A stretch of DNA of 64,000 nucleotides from assembly GCA_012295275.1 (NCBI GenBank), contig CM022671.1, positions 19,716,001 to 19,780,000 of the forward strand, written 5' to 3'. Positions within the stretch are counted from its first letter, which is position 1; every line of letters starts with the position of its first letter. The notes beneath the pieces are model-generated. The model was not told the DNA's origin and ran no database searches. It saw nothing but the letters and a program-made list of their open reading frames with translations. Below are positions 1 through 13,163 of the stretch, piece by piece. The stretch comes from Chrysomallon squamiferum (taxonomy: Eukaryota; Animalia; Mollusca). The position numbers were made by a program, and so were the translations under genes.

Positions 1-76
1 CAAAATGTTGCTCCTTTTTGACATGATTATTGACTTGAAACAAAGGGTCATAGATTATGTTCAGTACTGATCATCA

Positions 77-77
<1 letters not shown>

Positions 78-129
<52 letters not shown>
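78..129. repeat. (AAT)n microsatellite
   Basis: Seen directly in sequence. Confidence 0.95.
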
Positions 130-131
<2 letters not shown>

Positions 132-3100
132 CAATGAGGCGGGCTGAAATTCTGCTTCCTAAATTTAAAACCAAAAAAAAAAAAAAAAAAAAATTAAACA
201 TATCGCTACAAATATATAATATATATACTGATATTTCTTCAAACGAATAGTGACACTGACAGTTATTACATATTGAAAGGCTTTAAAAATGAATGGTAAA
301 TAATATTTTTAAATGTTTTATAAATCAAATGATCAAATTATGCTATAGCATATCGTGACTACAAGTGTGAATCATGAAGTGAAAGTCACCAGACAGCATG
401 AAAACTATGAACGATTTTAATATGGTCCAATATCATTAGTTTTATTTCAAGGAGATCAGAGCCCCATTCTTGTCCATATATTGAAACAGATAAGCAGTTC
501 ATGATAACTCTTTTTCTTCTGTTAAATATGACTGAATGATTACCTGCATAATACATTATTAGTCCAAGGAGAAGACGATTGCGAGCTTGGCGCTTCAGCC
601 ATTGCTTGTTTACGAAACACCTTTTCTTGATTTGTGCGCAACACAGTTAAATGTCCAGTTCATCAAGTAATGACGGAATCGAACGAACAATTCACTATTC
701 AGTTTACACGAAGAGTATTATATATTATTTTTTATAGTTTACTCTTTAGCTGAGTAATAAAGTATCATACAGAATACATGAAAACTATAAAGCCTAAGTC
801 TTGGTAAAAAGTTTTAAATATATAATTTTTGACGTTATTCGGAAATACTCGTTTGTATCCGTAATTCATCCTGGGGCTTCCGAATTTATTCATTGTTGTT
901 GTCTTCTTGGTAAGAGTTGGACTATGTGCAATTTATGCATACTTTAGTATGACGTTTCTGTACGCACCAAGAAACCATTCCGTAAGTAACAGTTACACCT
1001 ATTGTAGCGATATATTTTATTTTTAAAGTGTGTTTAATTCGTAGTTTACCACTGTGATTTTCAAAAATGCGCCAGCTTTTAACATCTTTTTCTTGCCTGT
1101 TTACGGGTACATCTAACTTCCGTTATGAAATATTGCATTACCTCCTACAAAAAAGAGATTCTTACAAAAAGTTGTTAAAACAATTATTAAAAATTATCAT
1201 CTGTTGTCAGACTAATGCCCAGTAAAACCATAACCGAACTACTAATAATTATGGGAAGTTCATCATAACAAATAAACAATAAGTTGAATAACCATGCCCG
1301 CCGAAGCAAGAAAATACCAAAGTAATACTAATACGCCTTTTTCAAATCCATTTTTTAAATTTATTTTCTGTCATATTTAATTTCTTTCAGTGTATAAACA
1401 TGTATAGCAAATAAACAACACTCAACAGCAATTCAAAATTCTTATAATATAATATTTTTTATATAAAAATGATGGAAATAAGTATTTCACTGTCGAAATC
1501 AAATTAGATGATGTCAAAGCTGTTGTTTGTTGACATAATGAAATCCAAACTTTGCTTATGAGATATTTAATTTATATACATGGTAAAGATATTTAGTGTG
1601 AAAATAAAATATAATAATAACTATTGCTTACTTTCACACAGAGATCCTCTTTCATATTGGTTTTGATTTCAGAATAAAATACTATCATTTTTTTTTTTTT
1701 AAATTTACAAATTACAGTGAAATCTACATTTTTTTTGTAGTTTTTAAGGGAAATACCATGTACCATGTAAAAAATACTATAAATTACTATTAATGAGCTG
1801 TTCTATTAAGTTTTTGCCTTTTTTCTTCTTTTTTTTTACTTAAATCTGAAGAGAAAAATATTGAACATTCTTTTTAAAAAATAATTCTTGTGCTTCCATT
1901 TGGTAAAATCCATTTTAAAAAATATTTATCTGTTTAAGGAATTTAAAAAAAAATAGATCCAGTATAATTTGTTTTGTTTCTTTTTATTTTCTTATTACAT
2001 TTGTATAACTAATTTCTTTATTTCAGAATTATTATTATTTTGTTTTTAAATTCACACTGATATTTTGTTGTTAAGATTTTAAAAAATAAAAATAAATAAA
2101 GGTTTTATATTTTATTTCATCCAAGTTCAGATCAGTACTTTTCAGATGAATTAAGTCAGTTTGTAACCACTATCAATTGTGATTATATTATTTGTTTAAA
2201 CAGCAGTCAGTATTCAGATGAAATTCAAATTGGTCATAAAATGTTAACCTGATTTTTAATTTTATCACCCAAAGCCAAACCATAGTATATAAATATAATG
2301 GCATACAAAAAAAACAAGTCATACAAAGGATATTCCAGTAACAGATTGATCTTAATATTTCTTAGAGATGAATTTCAATATAAGCATATCTGTATAAGAA
2401 AGATAAATAAAAGTATTCTATACTGACAATCAATTTTCTTGTGGTTCCTAAAACTCATTTATATACCAATGCCTAATTTACTTTATAAAATGATACTTAA
2501 TTTATCAAAACTACAAATTTATTAATTCATGATAAATTAGGAGTATCTAGTTGTTAATAACACACACACATACACACACAAATGTGTTACATCATAGTAG
2601 GCAGACCATTATACACGTACTATAACAGCCAGTCTAAAGTTCAGTAACTTGACCATTTCAGTACTTATCTTGTGCTTACTATACCAAAGATATCATATTA
2701 ACTCATTAATTCATTAACAGTGCAAGCATGACTTAAATAATTTATTTCAATTAAATATACACAGTTGTTCAATATACAAATGTACGTGTGGTATGTGTGT
2801 GTGAGTTGGCATAGTCTTATTAGCACTTCAGAACAGCAGCACAAATAAACTTAAATGAAATGTGAAAACAGTGGGAAAATGTTTGTAATAATTAAGGATG
2901 TTTACACCTAATGGAGCATGTATGTCAGCATCCAGCTTCACCAACATGAGCTCCAGTACTCTGATAGCTTTCTGAGTTCAAATAGGTGACCTGAATTTAA
3001 ATGTGTGTGTATGTTAATTTTTTAACTTGGCTGCACATCATTATGTAAACCAGTGTTAGTAAATTAGATTGATACAAGAGATTGCATACTGTTAGCCTGT

Positions 3101-3282
3101 AATTAATTGTGTGTATTTTCATGTGGTGATTTGCTGAAAATAAACAGATATTAAACAATATTATATACATCACAGATATTTTGTCAGCTGATGAAAATGA
3201 TATGTCTGACTTGACAATATTGGATGTTTATTGATTTTTGTTTTATATAGTAAACGGCACATTTATTTAAAGCTGCAAAAAT

Positions 3283-3320
<38 letters not shown>

Positions 3321-3734
3321 TAAAATATTTACTTTTTAACTGCAGCTTAGATAATGTGACATAATGGGATCTGATTACAGGGAAGTGAATTCTGCTTGTT
3401 ACATTTCTTTGATACACTGGTGTGCTGTGGTTAACAAATGTGAAATCCACTGTAGTATAATTGTCTGATCTTATAAACCCTAAGCACATTATATCAGATT
3501 ACCACTTTACCATTAATTTTTTTCTGATGTCATTTGTTTCAATATACATTGAGCAAGAAAGTTTATACTGATGATTTTATATATATATGTGTGTAATATG
3601 CAAATATAACATTGATAATATATTTTTATTTTTGTTGTGTCTTTTATAGGTTGATAATGTTGAAGATATTTTATAAAGAAACGCTGCACTATATCATGAA
3701 GTACATTTAGCAGTTTCAGCCAGACTAAATAAAA

Positions 3735-4700
3735 ATGGATCACGTTGTTCCATACCGACGATGTGCTGCATATTACTTGATCCCAACAAGGGTAATATGC
3801 ATGCTTCTTGTCATAGTCCAGGGAGCTGTTCTCAATTACTACCTTGTACTGCACAACAACCGTTACTGGTATGCTTGGATTGCAGGTGATGTGGGAATGC
3901 TTTTTGTTTTCCTTATGACTTTTGTTATTTCCTATCGTCATTTAAACTTGGTGAGAAAAGCTTCAAGTCTGGGCACTCCAATTGAAAGTGGCAGCTTGCC
4001 TATGGGTTACTTTTCTTGGTTTGTCTACTCCTGCATGATGACTGTGCGCTCAGCTATCATTTTCAAAAACTTTGCATGGAAATTAAATGAGGAAGATTTC
4101 TTTGGTCCAAATACCCTCAAAGTGAATTTGTGCCTCTCAGCAATTATCTATCTAATGCTCTTGATGTCCCTTCATGATGCAGCTCCCAGCAGTGAGAGAA
4201 AGAGGCAGATTGATATTCTCACACAAACTGTTGTTTTTGATATTCTCGATTCAGTTGATGTCCTGGATATTTTCTTTGACAAAGAAGCAATAAACACTTT
4301 GTTGCCAGGTCTTGACTGGGCAGTTGTGACAATTGCTAGCCTGAATATGATTATGCCAACATTTTCCTTGATGACCCTGAGCAGAACACACTTTGGATAC
4401 CTTCCACTGCCTGAAACTTTGGAAACGTTTCACAAACTGGCATTGCTCTTCCTGGTAAATGCTCCATTGCTTTCAATCCGTTTGCTGTTGTGGCACAAAT
4501 TAGATCAGAATGTGTCCACCTTCGTTATGAAAAACTTCATTGTCATCTGCCTGATTATTTATGATTTCTACAAGAAAGGTGAATACCGACAGACTCGAAG
4601 AGAATTGCCTGAGTTGGTACTGGAGAAACAGGCCCTGGAGATGAGGATGATTCAAGGAGGTGACCAGGCTAATCTGAATACCAATTTGACCTCCTGTTAA
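3735..4700 (+). CDS. TMEM121B: CECR6/TMEM121-family multi-pass membrane protein, paralog A (321 aa, single coding exon)
   Basis: Uninterrupted ORF with about 6-7 hydrophobic segments. Family-like motifs recognised from memory: QGAVLNYYL, WIAGD, SWFVYS, FFGPNTLK, DILDSVD, LVNAPLLSIRLLL, STFVMKN. Splice acceptor ttttatag ends at 3649, upstream of the ATG, which implies a non-coding first exon. Confidence 0.85.
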   Translation: MDHVVPYRRCAAYYLIPTRVICMLLVIVQGAVLNYYLVLHNNRYWYAWIAGDVGMLFVFLMTFVISYRHLNLVRKASSLGTPIESGSLPMGYFSWFVYSCMMTVRSAIIFKNFAWKLNEEDFFGPNTLKVNLCLSAIIYLMLLMSLHDAAPSSERKRQIDILTQTVVFDILDSVDVLDIFFDKEAINTLLPGLDWAVVTIASLNMIMPTFSLMTLSRTHFGYLPLPETLETFHKLALLFLVNAPLLSIRLLLWHKLDQNVSTFVMKNFIVICLIIYDFYKKGEYRQTRRELPELVLEKQALEMRMIQGGDQANLNTNLTSC

Positions 4701-7700
4701 GGTTCTCAATAGTTATCTTAATTTGTGAGTCTTCAGCAAACTAAATGATCACAATTGTTTGAATAATAATGTGATCTAATAATTACTATTTTATTTATTA
4801 AAGTAAGAAAACAAAACAAGACTTGCCAAAATTTATTCTGGTCATTTTGTGACATAAAATAAGTGAGTGAGAAACTGTTTAACAGTATTGATGAAATAAT
4901 ATTTAAAAAGTGATGAAAATTAACACTAATATACTGTCTTAACTGTTTGGCATGAACATTTCAGTAATGTAATATCACTGCTGGTCTGGAACAGCAGGAA
5001 TCATACCATTTTGAAATGTGATGAAATGTTGTACAATATTTTAAAATTTATCTTTGTCTAAAAATAATTTCTAGAAATACTAATAACCATGATTATGGAA
5101 TGATTAGAAAATCTAAATGTACAGCTGTTACCATTTGCATTAAGGAGTATATGCAAGTCTTTGTTACATTAATAGATTTTAATCTGAAATAAAATTTATT
5201 TTTACACAACTTCATTATCAGTGCCATTATCAAAGAATGATAAGTAAAATAAATTATTTACACAGCTTGAAATGGAAAGTACACCCATAAAAATTAAAAC
5301 TGAAAAGTTCAATATTCAGATAAATGCTTTTTCTAATCTTCAGTATTTATTATATTATACTTTTGGTTAACACAGACAGCTGTACAAAAAAGTAAGTAAT
5401 GATTTTGTTGTTATATTAAGAACCAGAGCTTGATATAGGAAATTTCTTAACATGTTTGCCAGTTCCTTAATAAATGAGACATCTTTGGTATTTGTTCCTC
5501 CATTCAGAAACCATTTGTTTTACATTGGTGTTCACTATCATGAGAATAAAATGTAACTTTCAGCATAATTTTGATGTTCTTATCTTTAATAAGATTAAAG
5601 TATCAGTAATGTTTTGTTCAAAATATTTAATATTAATATCAATATCTATTTAAAAAGTTATTTTAACTATCATTTATTTATTTATTTATTTATTTAGTTA
5701 TTATTTTTGTGAAATTCATTTCATTTTCAATAATATTGAATTTTGTGTTAGAATTGTTAGCATTGAAACATACTTAGATATTTTAAATTTTTAAATGCCT
5801 CCATATTTACATGTTCTAAAAACAATGATTAAACTGTTAACCAGTGAACTGACATTTAATTGTAATTAGACGTTAATGTTTTTAGTCTCTGGTGTTGTTT
5901 TCAGTTATTTCCCTTGACACAATTTACAAGTATCCAAGAATATTACATGGTAAAATATTTTTAAAGAAAAAAGTTAAGAAGCATAATCTGAAATATATAA
6001 CTATTAAAAGGCAAAAATCATGAACCCAGCTTTCCCTTTGAATATAATTATTATAATTCAGTCTTAATATAAATAAAGTTAAGAAAAATATGTATTTAGA
6101 ATGACTGATTTAGTAAATTAGTCATGGTAAAAATAACTGATTTATTATTTATTAAACTGGGGTTCAAACTAAACAAAAACAACAATTCAATTTAGCCCAT
6201 TTCATTCATATACTTATTTTGCTTCAAGAAAACTGTTCTTGCTCTTGTGTATATACTTATAATATCAGTGTTTTAATTAATTCACATTAATGTGATATCT
6301 TGAGTGTTAAAATTATAAATATTCTTACTTCAGTTCAATTTATATATTTAAAGGTGTATTTATAAAGATGATAAAACAAACTTAAATACACTTCCAGATA
6401 GAAAATACGAATTTTAATAGCGAGAGAGAGAATCAGACGAATTCTCATCAGGTTTATTGATAATATAGTTAAGATCAGAGCTAAGTACCCAATTTAAGTT
6501 CCAAATATAAAAAAGTAAGTAACTGCTTTATATTTCTGAAGTAATGTTAGCGTTAATGTTAAATGTATTAAAAAAAACTTTATCATACTAAAGTTGAATT
6601 TTAATTGCATGTATACACTGAATACGTTCAGGAAAATAATTTAATAATCTCAGAATCAATAATAAAAATTACATATCTTGTTAATAAAACAGTGTAAAGT
6701 GGAAATAAGTCTTACTATTATTATGTGAAATTGGAGGTATGTTTTGAGATGGGATTTGTGCAAAACAATTTTTATCTTGTAAATTGTGACATAGATGGCA
6801 ATAGAGATGGATTACATAATATTCTATAAAAACCTTGTTTTTCTTTTGTTTTGTTTGTACATGAGTTTTTCCTTGTTATTGTTAATGTTGTTTGTACTTT
6901 AATTGTTTGATGCATTGTCTTCATTAGTTACAGTTTCACTATACTGTCACATTGAAAATAATCTTCCCAGAAAATGCAATATCTTTACAAAAGGAGTTTT
7001 CAATACTTAATATATATATATAAATGTGTGAAATAAAATATGAATTTATATTTTGTCTGACTTGTTCTTTTATTTTAATGTTTATTATTATCATTAGTTT
7101 TATTTCAATGAATAGTTATGTACTTTCGGGTATGAAGTCAGAACACATGATGTACCTCACTTGTTATGGTTTGCATTTGCAGTTTTTGTTTGTAATTGGT
7201 TGTTGCCATTTATTATTTATTATGTTGTTTTTTTATACACAACTATGGTGTTTATAAGTAGGTGTATGAATCTTTCTTGATTTCTGTCATTTTGTTCTCC
7301 CTGTCATACCTTTCATTTGAATTATTTAAAATAACAGTTGTATGCAGTTTAATTAGAAATTTTCAAAAAAAAACATTTGAGAGATAGTGTTATTTGGAAA
7401 GTTAAAGTGATTTATTTGACAAAGTAGCATATATATTTTGGGAAATAAAAATTGTTTCATTCCCCACTCTTTCTCTCGCTGTGTGTGTATGAAAGAGGAT
7501 GATGTATATTATAATTAAGATATCTAAAAAAAAAAAATTAACTGGAAAATAAATGAGTGCTCTATGGAGTGATTCCATTATAAATGAATATAATTATTTT
7601 ACAATTTCATTAAAAAAAATATTAATGAAAACCATTATTTAGAAAATACAATCAAGTGCAGTTATTTATTTTCTACCTAAATAAAAAAAAATAATAATAA

Positions 7701-9449
7701 TTAAATTGCCACACAACACCTCCGTTTCAACAAAACACAAAAAAAAAAGAAAAAAAGAAAAGAAAAAGGAGGTCTAGTGGCAGAGTGGGGTACAAACATG
7801 CGTAAAGCACAGATCGAATTGACCAAGATAACCCAGCTCATCCGGACCTCCGCATTTAAAGCGCTAACTCTTCCTTATATAGTCCCAGATATTTTCATCT
7901 TGATCCAAAGGTCAAATTGAGATGAATATTTTATCATTATATGCCAAACTTTTATTAAATAGATTGTATTTTAATTTTTCTCTATATATAATCAAAAGAG
8001 ACATTAATTTTTTCTATTTTGCAATTTTTCTTCCGATCATTAAGTTTTAAAATAAATTAAAAATGGACCGTTACTTATTCAGCTATTGTTCCGATCACTG
8101 ATATCGGGTCATAGTCTAATTACGGGTCGGTGTTCTATGTGGGGAAAGCACTGAGTCATACTCTGTAGATACCGGCAATCATTCATATTCGAATTTTTGT
8201 AGCTGTTTTCAATCATTTCCAAAATCAAACAAAAACCATTAAAGTATTTTTAGTATATTATATATATATAAATTTTGAAACTTTCTAAAAATTTAAATAA
8301 TTATTATTAAATTTCAATTTAATATCACTAGACAACAAGTGTTTATGTAAGGACAAAATCATATCGAAAATCGCAGTTTCTGACTGTAAGAATGTCATCT
8401 TGCCATTAATCTACTTGAACATGCTGATCTTCAGTGGCTTAGAGTGGGTTACCAGCTCCCGGGCGAAGGCAAGTATTGCGCCCCCTAAACCGTGAAAGTT
8501 AGCCCTTTCCGAATGCTTTTTTCCACTAGTCCAATAGGGTTACCCCCAGTCCAGTAGGGTTACCCCCAAACAGATTGGTTTTTGTTTGTTGTTGTTGTTG
8601 TTGTTTTTCAAAACAATATGATCATGCTATCAGTACGATAGGAATGTATAACGTATTTTCAAAAATAACAAAACAAAAAAAAAACATCAAAGAAAAACAA
8701 AACAAAAAACTACAAAAATATTTGCGCATGCCCACACACACATGTTTATGTATGCTCGTGACTATGCTGGTGTGAGTGAAACAGTGTCGTTAATAAACCA
8801 ATGCACACTGACGTCATCGTGTCTTTTCTTGTAATTCTTAAAACAAACAGCCTATTAATAGTTTTATATATGAAAATGTCTCTAAAATTAATTAACAAAT
8901 TCTAACATTATTATACTGGCAATAAATTTCTTTAACAATTAATGCTAATGTGCAGTTTCTTTAATGCAGAACCTGAATACAGAACATTTTTTGAATTCTC
9001 TCTATATAATCAATACAGAATGAGATTGAAAACGTAGTCACTGGCCAGTACAATAGACACGTATTATATAAAATATAAATAGACACAGTTAATACACACA
9101 AAGAGGAGGACGGTAATTTTCGAACACATGATTAGTTTCGTTTATTTAACCTTTTGAAATAATATCGGCTATACTGATACATAAATTATAATGGTAGTAT
9201 ATTTAAAGATATTCTCTATAACAATAATATAACAGATGGTAGGTTAATTGATGTTAAATTCTTTGTTTGATTTAGAACTTTGGCTATTTAAATGAAAATG
9301 GAGTAATTTCGATATTAACACTTAAAAAATCCGACAAGATCATCACTGAAAAATTTCTGTTAATTTTATTTATTTATTTATTTATTCATTATTTTGTTTT
9401 TTATTATTATTATTGTGATGATTTTTTCCCTAATGCATTAATTTTTTAC

Positions 9450-9483
<34 letters not shown>

Positions 9484-10875
9484 TTATTTTATTTTTTCTG
9501 ATATGAATTTTGAGAGTGAATTAAAGGTAAGGTTACATTTAATATTCTAATTATTTTGTTGTAAAATATATTCTTTCAAATATTTTTTCAGTATTTAGTA
9601 GTACTAAAAACAGTCTCGTGTTTACCTTTGTATTAGTGAATTATTCACAATTCACACGCACTTGTAGATCGTGTACTGACACTCTTTAGTAATTTGTATC
9701 ATGCATGTTAGTCTCTATAGAAAAACTATAAATAACTTACAAATATTTGTGAAAGAATTTAAATGAAAACACATCTACCCCTTTAGAACTGAAATACATG
9801 AATACATGAAAAGAAAGGGTACAAGCAGGTCTCTATACTGGTCATGAGAAATCAAGCGTGGTTTCAGCAGACTGAATGAAAACCGTAATATCAGTTTCGC
9901 ACAAACAAAAGTTGAGCAGTGCACAAGCTCAGTTTCACTTGCTGTGTACATTTTAACACAGCTAGATGTTTTTAAAAGTTTTAAGTATGTTTGCTGTTTA
10001 AATACTGTATGAAAGGAAACGCGTAGAATATTCGATTTCCTGGACACGGCGGGTGAGTCATATATAAATGCATTCACTGTTTTTCTCATTTGTAAAATAC
10101 ATGTGTAAATAAATAATGGGTTTGTTCAATATGGCGTACATAATTTGAAGGACGTATATTTTTCACGTCACGCTATTAGACTGAGAGGTATTTCTGACAT
10201 TTTTAAAACAAAAACAAATATTAGTCTAAGAAGTGACATCAGGACAAAACACTGTTCAGAAAATGTTATGGTGATTTGGTTTGGGCATCATCCTAGGGAT
10301 TAATGGCAGTGGATTTAGGAACTAGGAGTACGCTGAATTCTAAGACTGAGGTTGGGAAGGAGGGGATCACACGCAATAAGTCCCTTTTATCTGACGAAGG
10401 CTAGATAGACACTGTACTAGAAAGTAACCTCTAAGTTTACATCAATGATCCTAGGAGTATTTTAGGAATGGCAATAATACCAAATTATGCATTAATAATT
10501 AGCTAGAGCGTTTTGAATTCAAGGGGGTGCAAAAAAAAAAAAAAAAGTAAGTATATCACAATTGACTATATTTAACCATATTTTTTATACTGAAAACTGT
10601 TGTCACAGCTATATGAGTATTTATGCGTCGCATATCTTGCAGTGTGTATGTTTCTGTGATCATGTTAAAAATAAGATATAGTTCAGTTCGTTTATTTCAG
10701 AACATTCAAAAAGCTGAATACCAATAAGTTTGATTTTAATTCAGTTGAACATTTGAGATGTCATTACTAAGTTTTGTCAATCTGTACACCACCGGTTATA
10801 AACTCGAAAAACGGTCTCTTTCTAGTTTTAAACTTTCATTTCACGGATGTAATGCACCATGTTTTTAAGAAGATA

Positions 10876-10880
<5 letters not shown>

Positions 10881-10964
<84 letters not shown>
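10881..10964. repeat. (TA)n followed by (TATATG)n compound microsatellite
   Basis: Seen directly; much shorter at the equivalent position in unit 2. Confidence 0.95.
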
Positions 10965-11722
10965 AAGTGTCTCCTGGCAAATTAAAACTATCTAATTGTT
11001 TATTGCTTATAATTATGAAGTTTTCACTTTGTATCGCAGGCTAATGCAATATTCCTAAGAGAAAATCCTAGATACGTTAATAAAAGTTTTATTCATTGTC
11101 CAGGAAAATTCAAATAAATTATTTATCCCTGTTAAATACACCAAAATAATTAGACCATAACTCAGCAGATCATATATAATGGAAGTCGTTAACGACCGAT
11201 TCCGTTAATTTTTGAACTGATGTCTTCTCCAAATGATATCTTCCAGCTATGTTAGTAAAAAATTAGCCGTATAGCTTACAGCCATTTTTGAAGGTGGCGC
11301 AGTAAAACCAATTATTGACAGTGACTCTATGGTTGGATTCTATAGTTAGTTTAAAAACCTGCTGAGTTTATTTTCAAAAAGTCCAGTTGCCACTGTTGAA
11401 GCATTGACCAGTAGTGTAGTTGCTGTCGCCACGATTGTGACGTCTCTGTGACGAGGAGTTACGTTGTACGGACACTGTATCTGAATCTTCCACTTCAAAT
11501 CTGGCTGCATCTGCATAATCAGCATCAGATCACACATTTCAGTTGCATAGTGGGCAAATAATATTTTTCCTCGTGTTTTTAGCGTCCGTTGACCTTCCGC
11601 TATCTTTAGTATCACAAAATGCACGATGTCGACCGAGGTATCAACAGTTGTAGTGAAACACCTTTCAGACAATCAGAGGCTGAGAAATGCCAGAGGTTCA
11701 ATATAGGTACAGGTTCAATATA

Positions 11723-11724
<2 letters not shown>

Positions 11725-11775
<51 letters not shown>
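11725..11775. repeat. (CT)n tract upstream of the B1 acceptor (copy at 19287-19337)
   Basis: Seen directly in sequence. Confidence 0.95.
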
Positions 11776-11778
<3 letters not shown>

Positions 11779-11867
11779 ATGATGACAAATTTATCTATTT
11801 TCTGTTTTCAGAAAGAAGACAAAGAAAATCTGCTAAATTTCTACGTACTATCGTAACAATTATATAA

Positions 11868-12818
11868 ATGATGAGTATATTTGGTGACTGTTTTGTGAAA
11901 TCTTGCGATAAGTGTCTCGGGATTCCGGCAAGAATAATATGTCTTTGTATAGTGCTCCTGCAGGGAGGCATTCTCGATTATTACCTAATTACTTACGTAG
12001 GACAATCAAACTATTCCTGGATTACCTTCGATGTTGTTATTATTATCATTTTCAGTGTTTCATTCGCCATTTCCAAAAAACGTCAGTCTGCCGGAGAAAA
12101 CGAAACTCGAATTATCGGACTTGGATGGTTTGCATGGCTTGTGTATTCCACAGCACTTGTTGCCAGAATGGTAATAATTCTCGACAGATTTGCCCATCTT
12201 CTGGATGAGAAGAATTTCTTTGGTCCTAGTACATTAAAAACGACATTAACACTGGCTTCCTGTGTGTTCCTTTTCCTTCTAGTGACTCATAATAACTCTC
12301 GCATAGGTGGTGAACGCAGACGATACATCGAAGAATTGACAGGCACTGTGATTTTTGATATATTCGATACTGTTGATATCGTTGATGTCCTGTTCGATAA
12401 GGAATCACGTGATATGTTTACTCCGGGGATGGAACCAGCCGTTCTCGTAGTCTCTGGCAGTAACATTCTGATACCCACAATTCCTCTCATAACTCTGAGT
12501 CTTACAAATTTCGGTCGAAAGAAAATGTCCAAAAGATTTGTATCTCTTCACAAGTTAACAGTGGCTTTACTGGTAAATGTACCAAGTCTCGTCATTCGGT
12601 TGGTTTTATGGCACGGTTTCAGCGTTGGTATTTCACCGTTCATTATGAAAAATATTCTTTTAATAGGAATAGTAATGTATGAATTCTATGAGCATAAAAA
12701 AGAAAAGGTGGATGAGAAGAGATCGAATAAAAACGAGTCTAACAACCGTGAAAGAAATGGGAAAAAGAGAATGTCAAGCAGTTACAATCAAAGTTTTACA
12801 TTGAACGAACGCATTTAA
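11868..12818 (+). CDS. TMEM121B: CECR6/TMEM121-family membrane protein, paralog B1 (316 aa, single coding exon)
   Basis: Intact ORF alignable to paralog A along its length (QGGILDYYL, AWLVYS, FFGPSTLK, DIFDTVD, LVNVPSLVIRL, FIMKN). Acceptor tgttttcag ends at 11811. In-frame TAA lies directly before the ATG. Confidence 0.85.
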   Translation: MMSIFGDCFVKSCDKCLGIPARIICLCIVLLQGGILDYYLITYVGQSNYSWITFDVVIIIIFSVSFAISKKRQSAGENETRIIGLGWFAWLVYSTALVARMVIILDRFAHLLDEKNFFGPSTLKTTLTLASCVFLFLLVTHNNSRIGGERRRYIEELTGTVIFDIFDTVDIVDVLFDKESRDMFTPGMEPAVLVVSGSNILIPTIPLITLSLTNFGRKKMSKRFVSLHKLTVALLVNVPSLVIRLVLWHGFSVGISPFIMKNILLIGIVMYEFYEHKKEKVDEKRSNKNESNNRERNGKKRMSSSYNQSFTLNERI

Positions 12819-12996
12819 TTCTTATCTTTCTCTCTCTCTCCCTCTGCACACACATGCACACACGTTTTGACATTTGGCGATGCTAAATATCTTTTAATTG
12901 AAATACATTTGATAAAAACCAGATGCATTATTATTTCTAATTTAAGAAAAAACCACCTACAAAAAAACAAACAACAATTGTACATTTAATCACCTC

Positions 12997-13163
<167 letters not shown>

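Noticed and set aside
3513-4709. Antisense and alternative-frame ORFs overlapping the TMEM121B-like genes (also 11912-12532 and 19477-20097)
   Set aside because: Shadow ORFs of real coding sequence with no recognisable motifs.
8430-8570. cagtggcttagagtggg...gcgcccccc and two tagggttacccc repeats; similar cagtgggcggatcta at ~23015 and ~13868
   Set aside because: They look like MITE-end relics, but no paired TIR or TSD was found. They are not telomeric arrays.
9775-10089. 104 aa minus-strand ORF with a homologue at 17514-17717
   Set aside because: It is truncated in the second copy and has no motifs; the similarity is explained by the duplication.
11619-11867. 82-83 aa ORF ending TAA immediately before the B1/B2 ATG (also 19181-19432); possible readthrough or uORF
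   Set aside because: It runs through the (CT)n tract and across a splice acceptor, so most of it is intronic. Its presence in both copies reflects the recent duplication only.
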